Shown here: in pieces, positions 39,655 through 52,279 of the stretch
Numbering within the stretch: the first letter of the stretch is position 1
Layout of the letters: every line of letters begins with the position of its first letter
Source of the DNA: Vicugna vicugna
Taxonomy: Eukaryota
DNA length: 64,000 nt
Direction: 5' to 3'
Assembly (NCBI GenBank): GCA_013265495.1
Contig: MU058337.1
Coordinates: 5,126,716 to 5,190,715, forward strand
Notes under the pieces: model-generated
What the model saw: only the letters and a program-made list of their open reading frames with translations
What the model was told of the DNA's origin: nothing
The model's database searches: none
Made by a program: the position numbers and the translations under genes

Positions 39655-40205
39655 TTGAACCTGGATGCCCATCTCACCCCTCTTGACCTGAAAGCCAGGT
39701 ACCCTTAGAGCAGAACTGGCCATGCGTAGGGATCCAAAAGCATCCTGTGATGACACAAGAGCCTCACATCACCACCTCTGGGAAGAGCCTCCCACCCTAA
39801 TTAAAATGCCAGACAAGCCGATGCCCCAACATTCTCAACCCCCCTCCCTGCCGGCTTTAGTCTACAGCACGATGGCCATGAAAATATGTAGCACTTACGG
39901 AGTACACATTTTGTTTGTTGGTTCATTGGTTGCCTCTCCACCCCCACCAGGATATAAACTCCATGAGGACAGGGATTTTAGCTGTTGTGTTACTGCTAGG
40001 TCCCCGGTGTAAGCCAACATACGATGGAATATGCCAGGCTCCCATAAAAGCCTACACTCTCCCACAGTATTGAAATTTTATGTCTATCTGGCAGTTTTCT
40101 TGGCTAAACAGTAAATTTCTTGAGGGCAGAGCCTAAGCCATTTTATATTTTATGCTCTAATATTAAAAACATTGCCTCTAGCATAATTAGCTCTCAATAA
40201 ATGTT
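39655..40205 (+). mobile_element. L2 fragments (two 3' ends)
   Basis: ATAAACTCCATGAGGACAGGGATTTT and TTCTTGAGGGCAGAG...CTCAATAAATGTT motifs. Confidence 0.6.
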
Positions 40206-40309
40206 ATCTTACACTGAAGTTTAAACAAAGATTCATTCAGTAAAGAAAGGACCGTTAAATTTCTTCAGATCCAGAGACCTTGTTAGCATTCCAATTCTCT
40301 CTCTTAGTG

Positions 40310-40500
40310 GTGGAGTCTTCAGCAGGTTATGAAATTTCCCTGAAACTCAGTTTCCCCAAATGTGAAATGAGAATAAATATGTTCCTTACCTCGGAGACTT
40401 TCACGAGGCACAAACACATGTCTGGGAAAGGCTGAGCACAGTGGCCAGCACATGGAAATCGCGCGGCAGTTGTGAGCTGTTTTATTCCCATGGTGTTGGT
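40310..40500 (+). mobile_element. MIR SINE
   Basis: CTCAGTTTCCCCAAATGTGAAATGAGAATAA...CTGAGCACAGTGGCCAGCACATGG. Confidence 0.6.
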
Positions 40501-41562
40501 AATGGGGATAATAAAAACACTCGCACAGAATGAACAGCAGCAAAACCTGCACAGGGTATCCCCTCCAGAGAACAGCGCTCACAAAATGTTTAGGAAATTC
40601 TCTGGAGCACAGGGGATAATAAGAAGAGAGGAACTCTTCTGCGATGGGAAGTTTTAGCAGCAGGCTCCCCGCAGCCGGGCCAGAGACGTCTTCGCAGTTG
40701 CATAACCATAAGTAAATAGGGCAGCTCTTTGCTGGCAAGCTTTCCGGAGACCAGCGGAGTTTCTTATCTGCTTATACCAACCAAGCAGTCAAGTGTAAAG
40801 ACATGAACACGCCCATGCCTCTGCCTTCTGGATTGTCCAGTACAACCAGACTGAACATCTATTACTGTAATTTTACTAAATGACACTTTCTTGGATAAAT
40901 CTGAGTGTTTTTTTTCTTTGCACTATTAGAAATTCTGGAAGGATATAGGATGTATTTTCCCCCTTTCCTTTAAATTACAAGCTCCCTAATGTCAAGAATC
41001 ATGTTTGTCTCCCTCACTGCTGGAACTGTGGCCCAGATGCAGTCCAGACCCTGACCGATAGTATCTACTCCATAAAGAATTATGGAATAGCATTTTTGAA
41101 TCTATTAACTGATATTCAATTATAAACTGAACTGCAGAACAATTTTAGTATATAAATTATATCAAAGAATCAATGCAGTAAAATATCCATGTGAAAGGGT
41201 ATACTGTCCTAAGTTCTGTAATATATTAATATGGCTGTCATAATGGAACCTCTCCTGTTCACTGTCAGGTCTGCTAGCTTTGGATTCTCATGGCTGAGTG
41301 TTAGACACCTGAAGGTAATGGTTCTCCTTGGTGAGGAAATAGGCTACTTTTAAAAGCGTGGGGGCATTTTCATCTCGAGTCTTTGCTCAATGTGGGAAGT
41401 CTCCAAAAGTTTCTCAACTCACTATTAGGAGCCCTGTGAACATCAAATGCTTTGGAACACACATTCAGTTCTCTAACAGGTTCTCTGAGAATCAAGATGA
41501 ATCTTGAAAACAGAGAAACAAATATTTTTAAATTTAAAAACAGGAATTAGGAGAGCACTTAC

Positions 41563-41703
41563 CAGAACAGAAGTCGTCAGAGTATCTGTCATAGACAGCC
41601 CTGCAGTCCCTTTCGTCACACTCACAGGTGTCCCCGTGAATATCTCCCCAGTCTCCAGTCGGGTCAACATCGTGGCAGGAACATTCACCACACACACAAA
41701 TCC
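41563..41703 (-). CDS. ITGBL1: ITGBL1 internal coding exon (exon 6), 141 nt, phase 1-1
   Basis: tttttcccatctag|GG ATT TGT...TGT TCT G|gtaagt. Translation (G)[46 protein letters not shown](G). Confidence 0.97.
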
Positions 41704-42479
41704 CTAGATGGGAAAAATAATTTCACATGAGTCTAATGAAGAAAAATCATGAAGGGAAGGAGCATCTTAAATATTACTCTTTTTTCTGTTGCTTACTTTA
41801 CATTTGGCAAATACACGTAGTCAGGAAAAATGTCGTACTGAGGAAAACACCATCTAAAGTTGACACTAGAGATTCTTTAGTAAACACAAGTTATTATCTG
41901 TGTCTATACTTCCGTGTGATTGAAGGATGTGCCATTAGCACTGTGCTGGGTTCACCGAAAGATAATACCAAAGCAATTGGCATAAGATAAAATCTTTGCT
42001 CTCAAAAAGCTTACAATTTACTTGAACAACAACAACAAAATAAAAGCCAATGAAAGAAAAATCAGCAAACAAAGTATGAATACTAAGGTTTTGTAAACTA
42101 GGACATATTGTAAGAGTTCAGGAAAGGCGGACTCAAGGTGGGCTGAAGTAATTAAGGTAGATGGTCTGGATCAGCAGAGAGAAGGGGAAATGTTCTAGGA
42201 GGTGTGGAGGTGGGACAACTCTAGAAAAGTCAAGAAAGTAAGAACAGGCAAAGGAGAGTGAGGATGGATGTGGATCCTGAGTAGTCCTGACTCATCGGAG
42301 CAGAAGGTGCATGGTCGGGAAGACTGAGAAGTCAGGTTTGCTGGAGCAGATGAGCTCAAGTTATAGAGGATGTTGGTGATTAGGCAGAGAGATATAATTT
42401 TGATTGGGTGGGGATTTGCATAGGAGAATTGCTCAGTTGCAAATCATATTAACTTTGTGCGAATTACCAGCAATCATCT

Positions 42480-43400
42480 TTAGGGCAACCAGCTGATAAT
42501 TTGTGGGGAAAAAACAAAGTTAAATCCCTTTCTTACCTCTACATCAAAATAAATTCAGCCAGATTAAAGATTTAAGGAGATAAAAATAAAACAATAAAAT
42601 ATAAAATAAATTTATTTTATTCAAAATCCTCAATGAAAATTATTTAAAGAAAAAAAAAGAAAAGACTTAACCATACAAAAATCTAAAATTGTGGTTGGGG
42701 GCAAGACATCAACTAAAAGATTTAAACAGCTGAAACAAGTAGTCACATGTATGTAAAAAGAGATATTTTCACAAACATATCAACAATCCTTATGAATTAA
42801 TATCCAAAGGGCAAATACACCTACAACAGAATAGACAAAGGAAAGAACACCAATCGGAAATTTTGTAGAGAGAAGTACTGTTGAGTGGAAAACATGAAAA
42901 TATTTACCACTCAACCTACCATTGTTAAAGGTGATAATAAACAATAGTGAGTTAGAATTTAACAATCATGAGTTAGAATTATTTTGGATGTCAGATTGAC
43001 AGAAATAAAAAAAGACTGTTAGGATCAAGAGTGGGTGAGGATATGGAATACAAAATATACAACTTTCTGGGTGACAATTTCACAATACGTATTTTTTAAA
43101 TGTGGGTTGTATATAATGTAACAGCTCACTTCGATTCACGTATCTAAAGGAAAGGAAACATACACAGAAGCACATGTACAGGAATATTAAATACAGTGTT
43201 ACTCATGTTATTGAAAACCACTAGTGACCTGAATGTTCATTAATGGGAAATTTGTGCAATAATGCACAGCTTAGAAGTAATCATTAGGTTTTTGTTCTGT
43301 GAACATGGAAAGATAGCCAAAATAATGATTAAATGAAAAAAACCAAATTATAAATTAGTATGACTAGTATGATTCAATTTTTGTATTAAATGAGAAGAAA
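42480..43400 (+). mobile_element. Old L1ME-type fragment
   Basis: CATCAAAATAAATTCAGCCAGATTAAAGATTTAA, GTCAGATTGACAGAAAT and ACATGGAAAGATAGCC motifs. Confidence 0.6.
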
Positions 43401-44758
43401 ATACACATCGGGGGGGCAGACAGGTGATCATTTTTTAAAAATAAATAAATAAAAATAGACTGAAAAGAAGAGGGGAGGCAGGGGGTGAGACCTCGGAAAG
43501 GCGGCAAGTAGGCTGTGTTTCTGAAGGAGATCCGCCTCTCACAGCCCATGTAACCCTGGGGGCTGCAGAACCAAGCTTCGTCCCCAGCCCAGCTTCACTT
43601 TTTCCTCTCTCGTGTAAACACCTGAATGCTTATTTCCCACAGGAACAGCTCCCGCTGCACAGCCTGACAGCATCATGGTGACCACTGGCCCTATTAAATA
43701 AAAAGGACTTAGCAGAAACATGTCCTTATCTACCAAAGGAAAATAAAAGTGAATTAGTGTGATGTAGAGTCAGATCTATTCTGCATAATTTAAAGAGAGG
43801 ACTTCTCTTTATAATTTTTCCCCCAAGTTCAGGCCTTTTGCTTTGTTTTCTATATGTACAGAAAATCTGGCACATTTTAGTCTTCTATGGCAATTTTTTA
43901 AAAAGATAAAATTGGTTGAGTGTTAAGGCTTTCCATGTAAGCAATATCTATTAAAATGTACCATTCATTTATAGCAATAAAAAATATTTTCCAGCTTTCT
44001 AGATTTTTATAATTTTATAAAAGGAAATATGGCCATTTATTGATACCATCAAGTAGTCAGAAAATTCCAGCATGGCCTTTTTATCTACCAGCACAGCTGA
44101 CAAAGGAAAAAAGAACAAGTATTTTCAAAGATTTTTTGAAAAGTGTTTCAAACTATTTGATTTGGTGTCAACACTTAGCTGACTCACTTTAAAGTATATG
44201 TTAGCAATGCTAATATATTTTTTGAAATTTATGCCTAGGGTCTGTCTCAATTTCACATGGCTATATCGTGTCCAATATCATATTTTTATCATTGCCTGTA
44301 AAAGTTAAATGACTCCATATCAACTCTGTATTGCAACCAAGCCTTCACTTTACCCATAATTAAGACAAGAGAGTCTTCTGAATTCTCTCTGGATAATCAG
44401 ATGCTCATGCTGTCAACGGTTCTGTTAGTCGAGACATTTAACAGAAGTATCTACAAGAATTGCCTTTTTGCTGCACTATGCCATTTCTGGATGGCTGCCA
44501 GAGAAATCACAGTCCCTGTGTTAACTATTGGTTCAGCGAAGCTGAAAGTATGACAGCAACTTTCTTATCCTTCTGCCCAATTAAAAAAAAATAAAATAAG
44601 AAAGAGAAGCTTGTTGGTATTGTAAATGTTGACTTACATCCAAGTCAAACACTGTGAAAGAGGACTTCCTCCCACACGGAAGGGAACACAGAGAAAAGGC
44701 AGGTTAACAAGAGCTTTGCTTCTCCCCAGTTAGGTAGTAACGAGGATGAAGGACACAC

Positions 44759-44899
44759 CTCTGTTGCTGCAGACTTTGCCATCTGGAGATGTGCATCTTC
44801 GCTTGCTCTCCCAGGGGGTGATGTCGCACTGGAATTCGCATTTATCTCCATGCCAACCAGCCTGGCAGTAACAGTTTCCACAGTAACACTTTCCGTGGC
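44759..44899 (-). CDS. ITGBL1: ITGBL1 internal coding exon (exon 5), 141 nt, phase 1-1
   Basis: gggtaaag|GC CAC GGA AAG TGT...AAC AGA G|gtgtgt. Translation (G)[46 protein letters not shown](G). Confidence 0.95.
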
Positions 44900-47232
44900 C
44901 TTTACCCAAGATGAATTTTATACCATGAGGGGAAAAAAAAAAAAGGAACTTTCCAAAGCAGAATTAACTTTCTATCTCTTTGTGATCATTTTTGCCTTTT
45001 GAAAACATTTACCTGGTCCACAGTCCTTGCTTAACATCATCAAATTATACAGTTTGTCCCCAGAACATCACAGGTGTGCCTATACCTACATAATTGCATA
45101 ATTAATTATGTACAGCCACATAAAGCCAGCCAAGGTATCCTCTAACTTGCACTAGCCAGGGAGCTGATAAAAATGACAGAATTTTAAAGAAATGGCATGA
45201 AAGACTGTGAGTCTATTATGTTCCAATCTCAAACATGAGCATCAAACTCAAATGTACAGGAGCATTTACTCTAAGGGCATTTCTTGAAGTATTTCACTTG
45301 AAATCAACCATTGAGACGCCAATGGTGTCTATTTTCTTGGATGCATGTTATTAATGACTGAACCATTTCTTAAACCAGAGGAAATATTTACCTTTTCAGT
45401 CAACTGGATCCCCACAAGTTGTTGTGTTTCACAAAGTGGAAGAGATTCTCAGCTAAATCAATGTTTAGTAGTCATTTAAACTAATAAAATACCAGATTGA
45501 GGATTACGCTGGGAGAAAGCAAGATGACTGTGTACTAAAAAGCTTTTCCTAGGAGTCAGTGTTTTGTTTTGTTTTTTAAGACTAAATTAATTTCTTAGAC
45601 TAGAATTTCCTCTATAATCTCAGAAATCTTCAGAAACTTACCTACTCTGTCATGGCAGGAAATTTATTTAAGATGCTACCTATGTACGTCTTACCATGAT
45701 ATTAACAAATGATCATAAATCTACATTCCCCACATTCAAATTCTTTGTATATTTATAAAATTTAGTATGGAACTAGGGTTTTACTAAAATATCATTTTGC
45801 TGGAGGTGAATAAAAATTATTACGCTAAATCGAGGAAAGCTATACCTATACACTGATGTGGAAAATTAAGCAGATATCTTCATAACTCAGATGAAATTAC
45901 TCTAGTAAGACACATCTGGATAACGGAGATAAAAATATAACCTCAGGACATAAACACTCCAGACAGTGAACATTGTTCTCTGCTTTGTGGCAACTGATGG
46001 AGTAAGAAAATCTCCTTTTGAATTGCTTCACTGTTGGGCTGTAGAAGCACCTCTCAACAGACTGGTTTCATGTGCATGATACACGGAAAAGTCTAGAATC
46101 CCGGTCAATGTCACCCCCAGAGGATGTTTACTGGAGTAGGTGTCTGTGGTCTGAGACTTTGCACCATGAAATTGCTTTAGCCTCAAACAAATGGAAATAA
46201 TAAGTGGAAACGTTGAGAGTTAAACATTTCTTTCAGTTAAATGTTGATATTTACACATGCAAATAGACTTTGCTTTGGTGGTGTGCACTAGAACACACTG
46301 GCTCCACGCGTGTTCCCTTCCTCTTTTTTGATCTGTGATCACTAGAAATAAAATGTCAGGAGGACAAATGAATAATATTTGTGGGTGGATTTATCTGATT
46401 GTTCTAATTGTTTTGGAACAAGCCCCTTAGCGGAGCTGTCTACACAGCGTCTAGCTTAGGTCACTGGCTTGAAAAATGAAGGTTTTTGTGTTTGTTTTAT
46501 CCTGGTTGGTTGGACAGCAAGGAAATCAGAGAGAAAGAACCAAGCAGCCCTAAAATAAGAGTATGTGGAAGACCATGGGAATTGAAGCCCGTAATCTGTG
46601 TTTGTAAACAAGAGGAGTTTGTTGTAGTTAGTGACACATTGTGGCCCTCTGGTTCCTCCTGGCCCCATTTGCTCCTGATCCTTCCAGGGAAAATACTCTC
46701 CTGAAATCACCCATCTGGCATGAAGAACAGGATCCCATGGATGGGATCTTTTCAGAGATAAATGAAAGGAGTAATTGCTTATGAATAGAGAGGCAAGGCC
46801 AGAGGCAACCAGGCTAAAATGTTTAATAGCAGCCGAGAAGAATTTATCTAAACTGAAGGGGTTCTCACTGCTCTTGACCTCCCTCTGCTGTGGCAATGGA
46901 GAGATTGAAAGAAAAGAGGCAAAATACAAGCATCTAAGGTGAGCAGGGAAGATGGAGTCCAACCAGGACCACTTTCGAACCATGAAGCTGGCCTGGCGCC
47001 ACAGGGACCCAGCTCTCTGTAAGGAACAATCTGATTTCGCATTTCAAAAATTCGAGTCAGCTCTGAACACCCTAGTCTAGGTTTCCTTGTAAGATGTGTT
47101 TTCCAAGTAAACATAGGTACCACTTAAAAGAGTAAACTTTGTGCAGAAATTTAAATTTATGAGATAAAAGTCAATGAAACAGATGAAAACATCAAGTACT
47201 TTCATTAATTTCTGCCAAGTTAATAGTCTTAC

Positions 47233-47355
47233 CTCCACATATTTCTTCCGTTTCATCGTCTATGCATTCTCTATCATCACACTCACAAAATTTACCATAA
47301 ACGAGTCCATTTCCATCTGAATTGTCACACTTACACCTGCCACAGTGACATGTAC
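47233..47355 (-). CDS. ITGBL1: ITGBL1 internal coding exon (exon 4), 123 nt, phase 1-1
   Basis: tgctttag|GT ACA TGT...TGT GGA G|gtaaga. Translation (G)[40 protein letters not shown](G), contained in ORF 47192..47377. Confidence 0.97.
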
Positions 47356-48149
47356 CTAAAGCATTTAAACAAAGCAAAAGTTACTTGTTAAATGTATATA
47401 AATTACAATGAATGAATTTCTAACCTATCTCTTTCATGGATACAGACAATTCACATTGATTTAATATTCAAATTAGGTATTACTATGGGTATGATGAGGC
47501 AGATAATGACACTCTTTCTTGAGATGATGATCGGCCAGCAGTTAATATTTTACAGCATAGGGCTATTATGACTGACCTCTCATAGTTTCATGAATGCAAA
47601 TCTGACCTCCCCAAGAGCAGAGCTGCTTTCTACATGCCCATCCAACCAACGCATGAAGGCATATCTTCTGATTACACCTGGGTCTGAAGTGAACTAAAGC
47701 AGAAAATTCTAAGCTTTGTGAAAGAAGTAACCTTGCTTATCTTCCTCACCAGTATTTATTCAATGCTTTGCACAATATTTGAGCATATTATTTATATAAT
47801 AAATATTTGCGGAAGTCATTATCAAGTGCATAAATGAAAAACTTAGATGCTCCTAATAATTTTATATCCACAGTGTTAAACTGATACACACGTCCTTGTG
47901 ACAGTGGGACCACAGTGGGTTCTCTTAGGCATAGAGTCTTAGGAACTCACCAAAACCTCGGGGCAGATCAGAGTGACACAGAAGCACACCAGAGTCATCT
48001 GGTCTGCCACACACCACATAACTCAGACAAATTTGAGGATTTGACTACAACCCCTGAGAGTCATTTCAGTGACATTAAAACAGCATTCAAAGGATATTGA
48101 GAAGTAGAATGTCCATTTGAGGAACTTTCCTTTTAATACTTATTTTTAA

Positions 48150-48915
48150 AATTTTAGTTGATCATCACAGCTGTCACCACATATTAATTGAGACTCTGCC
48201 ATCCACCAGATATCATCCTAGACTCTGGAAATGTAACAGGAAATCAATTCAGGCATAATCCTCCTCTTACAGTTTTATATGAGAAAATTCCAGGGTGATA
48301 AAATAAGTGGAGATGTGGAAAGTGTAGCAGGAACACATAGTAAGGGGATTTAACTGAGACCCAGTGGCCAAAGATGGAGCCCCTGGGGAAGAGCTCTTAA
48401 GTTGAGACTGAAAGCCAAGCAAAAATAGGAGCTAAGAGAAGTGAGACAGCGAGGAGGCCCACTTCCAGCAGGAGAAAACAGCAAAGGCCCTGCAGTAAAA
48501 GGGAAATTAGAGCAGGAAAACAGACAGCTGGATACAGAAAATCATGAGGAAAGTGTCAGGAAAGGAATAAGGCACCTACAGAGGCAGTTTGCGGAAATCT
48601 CCTAGGTCATGTTAAAGATTCCCAACTTTAACCCAAGAATAATGAGAAACCATGGAAATATTTTCAGCAAGGGAACCATGTGATCAGGTGTTTCTGGTTT
48701 TCATATGGAGAATGAACTGAAATGAGGCACAAGAGGACAGGAGGGAATGTCAGCTCATTAGTCTGCTGGAAAGAAGATAGAGGCTGACAAGGGTGATGGC
48801 CATGAGTTTAGAAAAAAGCAAAGGGGATATTTTCAGGAGAAAGAAAAGGACTCGGTGACTGATTACGAGGGGTAAAGAACGAGGTGGAACCAAAGATAAT
48901 ACTGATATTTGAAAT
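48150..48915 (-). mobile_element. L2 fragment
   Basis: Purine-rich, with the motifs GTTGAGACTGAAAG, CAGCAAAGGCCCTG, GGTCATGTTAAAGATT and CAAGGGAACCATGTGATCAG. Confidence 0.6.
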
Positions 48916-48944
48916 GAGCCACTGGCTATTGGCAATTCTGTATG

Positions 48945-49190
48945 TGGATTCCAGGAAGTGCATGCATTTAGGATTAAGGTAGACTTGTAGCCAAATTCAG
49001 GTCTTAATCCCCACGGGATAAACATTTTTGAGGTCATGACATTTCTCTCCAACTCTCAAAGTCCTTACTTGCAAATAGTGTCTACTTCATAGAGTGGCTG
49101 TGAGGATCAAATGATAAATACATCACCCAGTCATCTTTTACCAACACTACCGTGTCTAGCGCATAGTAGGCTTTCAGAAAGTGTTGGGTT
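48945..49190 (+). mobile_element. MIR SINE
   Basis: CTACTTCATAGAGTGGCTGTGAGGATCAAATGATA...GCATAGTAGGC. Confidence 0.55.
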
Positions 49191-49746
49191 GCCTTCTCCC
49201 CTTAAGACATCGAGTATATTAGTCATATTCCCAAATATTTCCTCTGGATTCACTTTATATTTATGGAGCCCACCATTTCCTGTTTTCATACCCTCTGCAC
49301 GATTCGGTTACCCAGGTCACTTGTGATTTGCTATCATCAGTAAGAGTTTTTTTCTCTCTCAGTCACGTATAGATAGTGATTCTGCAGAATTGGAGCTTGT
49401 TATTTTTCTTCCTTGAGAATACTTGTGTCAATTTTGCTTTTATTAAACTTCATTTTCTTGCTGGTTTTTTTTTCCTGAAAACTATTTCAATGTATAAAAA
49501 TTCATTTAAAATCTAACGCTACAATTCGTGATATTGTCTCATCTCATTTTTTCTCTAATTATCACCCTTCTTGTTCATTTTCACATTTATTCATGGTGTC
49601 TTTCAACCATCCACGTATCTGTTCATTCAATTTCCTCGTTGCTTATTATTTTACTGGCAAAGTCCTAGGTGCTATAGGAGATAATAAGTTGAATAAAATT
49701 AAAACTAAGTCTAGACCAGGAAGAAAGAGCTAAATGATGCATAATT

Positions 49747-49788
<42 letters not shown>

Positions 49789-49793
49789 TATAT
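49747..49793. repeat. (TA)n microsatellite with one interruption
   Basis: Read directly. It produces the IYIYIY tail of ORF 49746..50192. Confidence 0.95.
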
Positions 49794-50984
49794 GAAACCA
49801 GATGACGCAAAGGCACTTGCAACAGATTTGTGACAAATGCTATATAGAAAATTACAAACCTCAGTCTGGCTCTGAGAGGGAAGACATACACAGTGAAGGA
49901 GTAGGTTCTTGAGTTGGCACTTGATGTATAGATAGAATTTCAACAAGTAGAAATGGAGAGAAGACTTGTGATATTGAGGAAAAAGCCTGGGATAAGAAAC
50001 AAGGATGGAGAATTCAAGAACAGTGAAGAGTCTGGCTTGAGATTGGAGAAAAGGGAAGGCTGGAGACCAGGCCCTAGAACACTGCTCGAGGATTTTAGAC
50101 TTTGTCTGTGAGAAAACCAGGAGCCCATCATGGTGAGGGAGCGAGGGTCGCACAGTCAGGACTGTGCATGCAGCCGCTGTTTGCAGGAACAACCTCTGCC
50201 TCTGAATGCAACAACTTCTCTCTGATGTCCCCCACAGGCGAGCTCACTCCAGTCCACCCATCTGAACCGCTCCTGGGTGAGGCGCGAAGTTTACAACAGT
50301 TCAGAGACTTCCTGTCTTAATCATAGAGTAGAATTTGCAACAGAGGCTCCAAGACATGGCATATGGAACCCAGGCAAAAGTGCCAGACTTGGGTGTTCAT
50401 GCTGTGTCATCCTGCAGCTCTTTCTTGGTTGCCAGTTAACTCAGTCTCGAGGATTGGTCTTCTACTTTAGATAGATTATTTTAGCTCTGACTTTTCATTC
50501 TGCTTAATATAGCTGTCTCTTTCTAGGATGACTCCCTGTCTTGAACACCAGCCTATACGCCTGAGGCAGTGGTGCTGGGGCCTCGGTTTGCTCTGCAGAC
50601 TGTGCCTTGCCCTTCTGCACCCCTACAGAGTCAGCTTTTGAAACTCCTTCAGTCCCCAGCTCCATCTCCATTCTCCCTCTGCCCTTCAGTCTTATGTCCC
50701 CTCCATACACCTCTGCTTCCCCTTCTGCCCCAAGCTGCTTCCTACAAACCACACTGAGGTGTGAAAAATTGGTACAGAGGAGGTCTGAGGAGGAAAGATG
50801 GTACACAGAACTCAGAGACTGATGCAGTTTAGGGGCAGTGGTCCTGAATGAAGCTGGTAGAAGTAGGCATTAAAAGAAAGCCACGTGAGCACGAGATTCC
50901 CAGTGTAAACGTGAAAGGCTTAGAAACCGAGAGGAGAATAAGAGAGAAAGAAAAAAAAAAGACTAAAAGTAACACTGAGTGTGA

Positions 50985-51310
50985 ATTTATCTCTTGTCCC
51001 CACAATCTCACTTCTAATGATTTATCCTGAAGATACACCTCCAAAAATATGAAAATACATGTGCACCAGTTCATTCTGTGCATTTTTTATAATCCCAAAA
51101 TATTGGAAACTGCCTAAATGCCCAAGAATAGGAGACTGACAGAATACACTATGTCACCTGCCCAGAACTGAGTGTGAAGTATCTGAAAAAAAGAATGAGA
51201 AACATTTTCATGTACTAATATGAAGTGAATCCCAGGAGGTGTGGTTGAGCAGCAAAAACAGAGTTCCAAAGAGCACATACAGCATGGCTACTTTCTGCAT
51301 AGGAAAAAAG
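50985..51310 (+). mobile_element. L1MC/ME-type 3' fragment
   Basis: CACAATCTCACTTCTAATGATTTATCCTGAAGATACACC...CTAAATGCCCAAGAATAGGAGACTG. Confidence 0.6.
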
Positions 51311-52132
51311 AAAAACGACATACGTAGCAATAGCTCACACCCTTGGATCTATGTAAGAATTTCCCAGAGAACTTGAAAAGCCCACTACATCCATATGATA
51401 CCCCCAAGCAACTGAATCAGAGCCTCTGGGGCAGGAGGATTGTCAAGTTCAACCAGGACTGATAAAAAACTGACTTTGAGGCTCCATGGGCCCAACTGTT
51501 AAAAGAATATTTAATTACAGTAACACTGGCTAAACACCATTGAAACCAAAACCATAGTTGTTTTCATTTTACATGATTTTGGTAGTTAATTTTAATAGCT
51601 CCTCTGTAAATTTCTAAGAAATCTTTTTAAATGACTTCTATGAGATAACAAAATGATTTAGTCAAAAATCTTGCAGTCAGTATATTCTTCAATGGATCTC
51701 ACATCCAGGGCATTGAAACCTTCGTCAAATTTGAAAAGTTTGGTTCTATTTGATGCTAAGGTATCAACTCAAAGCACGCTTGATCTGTAACAGAAAATAA
51801 TTAAGTTGGTTTGTATCAATCCCTTTTAAAATAGTTATGCCAGCATTCAAAATCATGACTCACAATTTATATCAAATGTTGTTAGCGGATTGTTTCCAGT
51901 GAACACCCTGCTTGAAGAAGGAGGCACTTGGAACAGCTGGAGAGTATCAAACTTGCCAGTCTCGGCAAGAAGACAATTTTTTCCCTGTTGATTTATCTGA
52001 ATTTCATTTCTAAAAAATACACTCAAAAGTAGTCTCGCTCCGAGGCTCAACATCTCTCGATGCCTCCGTATTTCCACTAAGAACTCACATTTGATTGTTT
52101 CATTTAAAAACTCTGTAGGCTAGAACTCTTAC

Positions 52133-52279
52133 CTGCATTAGAGCAGATGACATCTTGAGAATTCTTGCACATCTGGTTACTTTTTTTCCTGGTTAGGTCA
52201 CAGTGAGTTGGGTACTGACAAGCATCCCCGGACCATCCTTCATCACATTTGCACTTGCCACAGTCACACTTCCCATGGC
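52133..52279 (-). CDS. ITGBL1: ITGBL1 internal coding exon (exon 3 by human numbering), 147 nt, phase 1-1
   Basis: Minus strand reads ttctcag|GC CAT GGG AAG TGT...AAT GCA G|gtaaga. Translation (G)[48 protein letters not shown](G) matches the recalled ITGBL1 I-EGF repeat with 8 Cys. The supplied ORF track shows only an out-of-frame ORF here. Confidence 0.96.

Noticed and set aside
46456..46983. Longest ORF in the track (175 aa, minus strand)
   Set aside because: No recognisable domain, low-information Ser/Phe/Leu composition, and an intronic position consistent with chance.
47350..47362. AG|GT junctions at the starts of exons 4 and 7, considered as recursive splice sites
   Set aside because: The GT comes from the split Gly codon, and the following bases (GTACAT, GTCACG) are poor donors.
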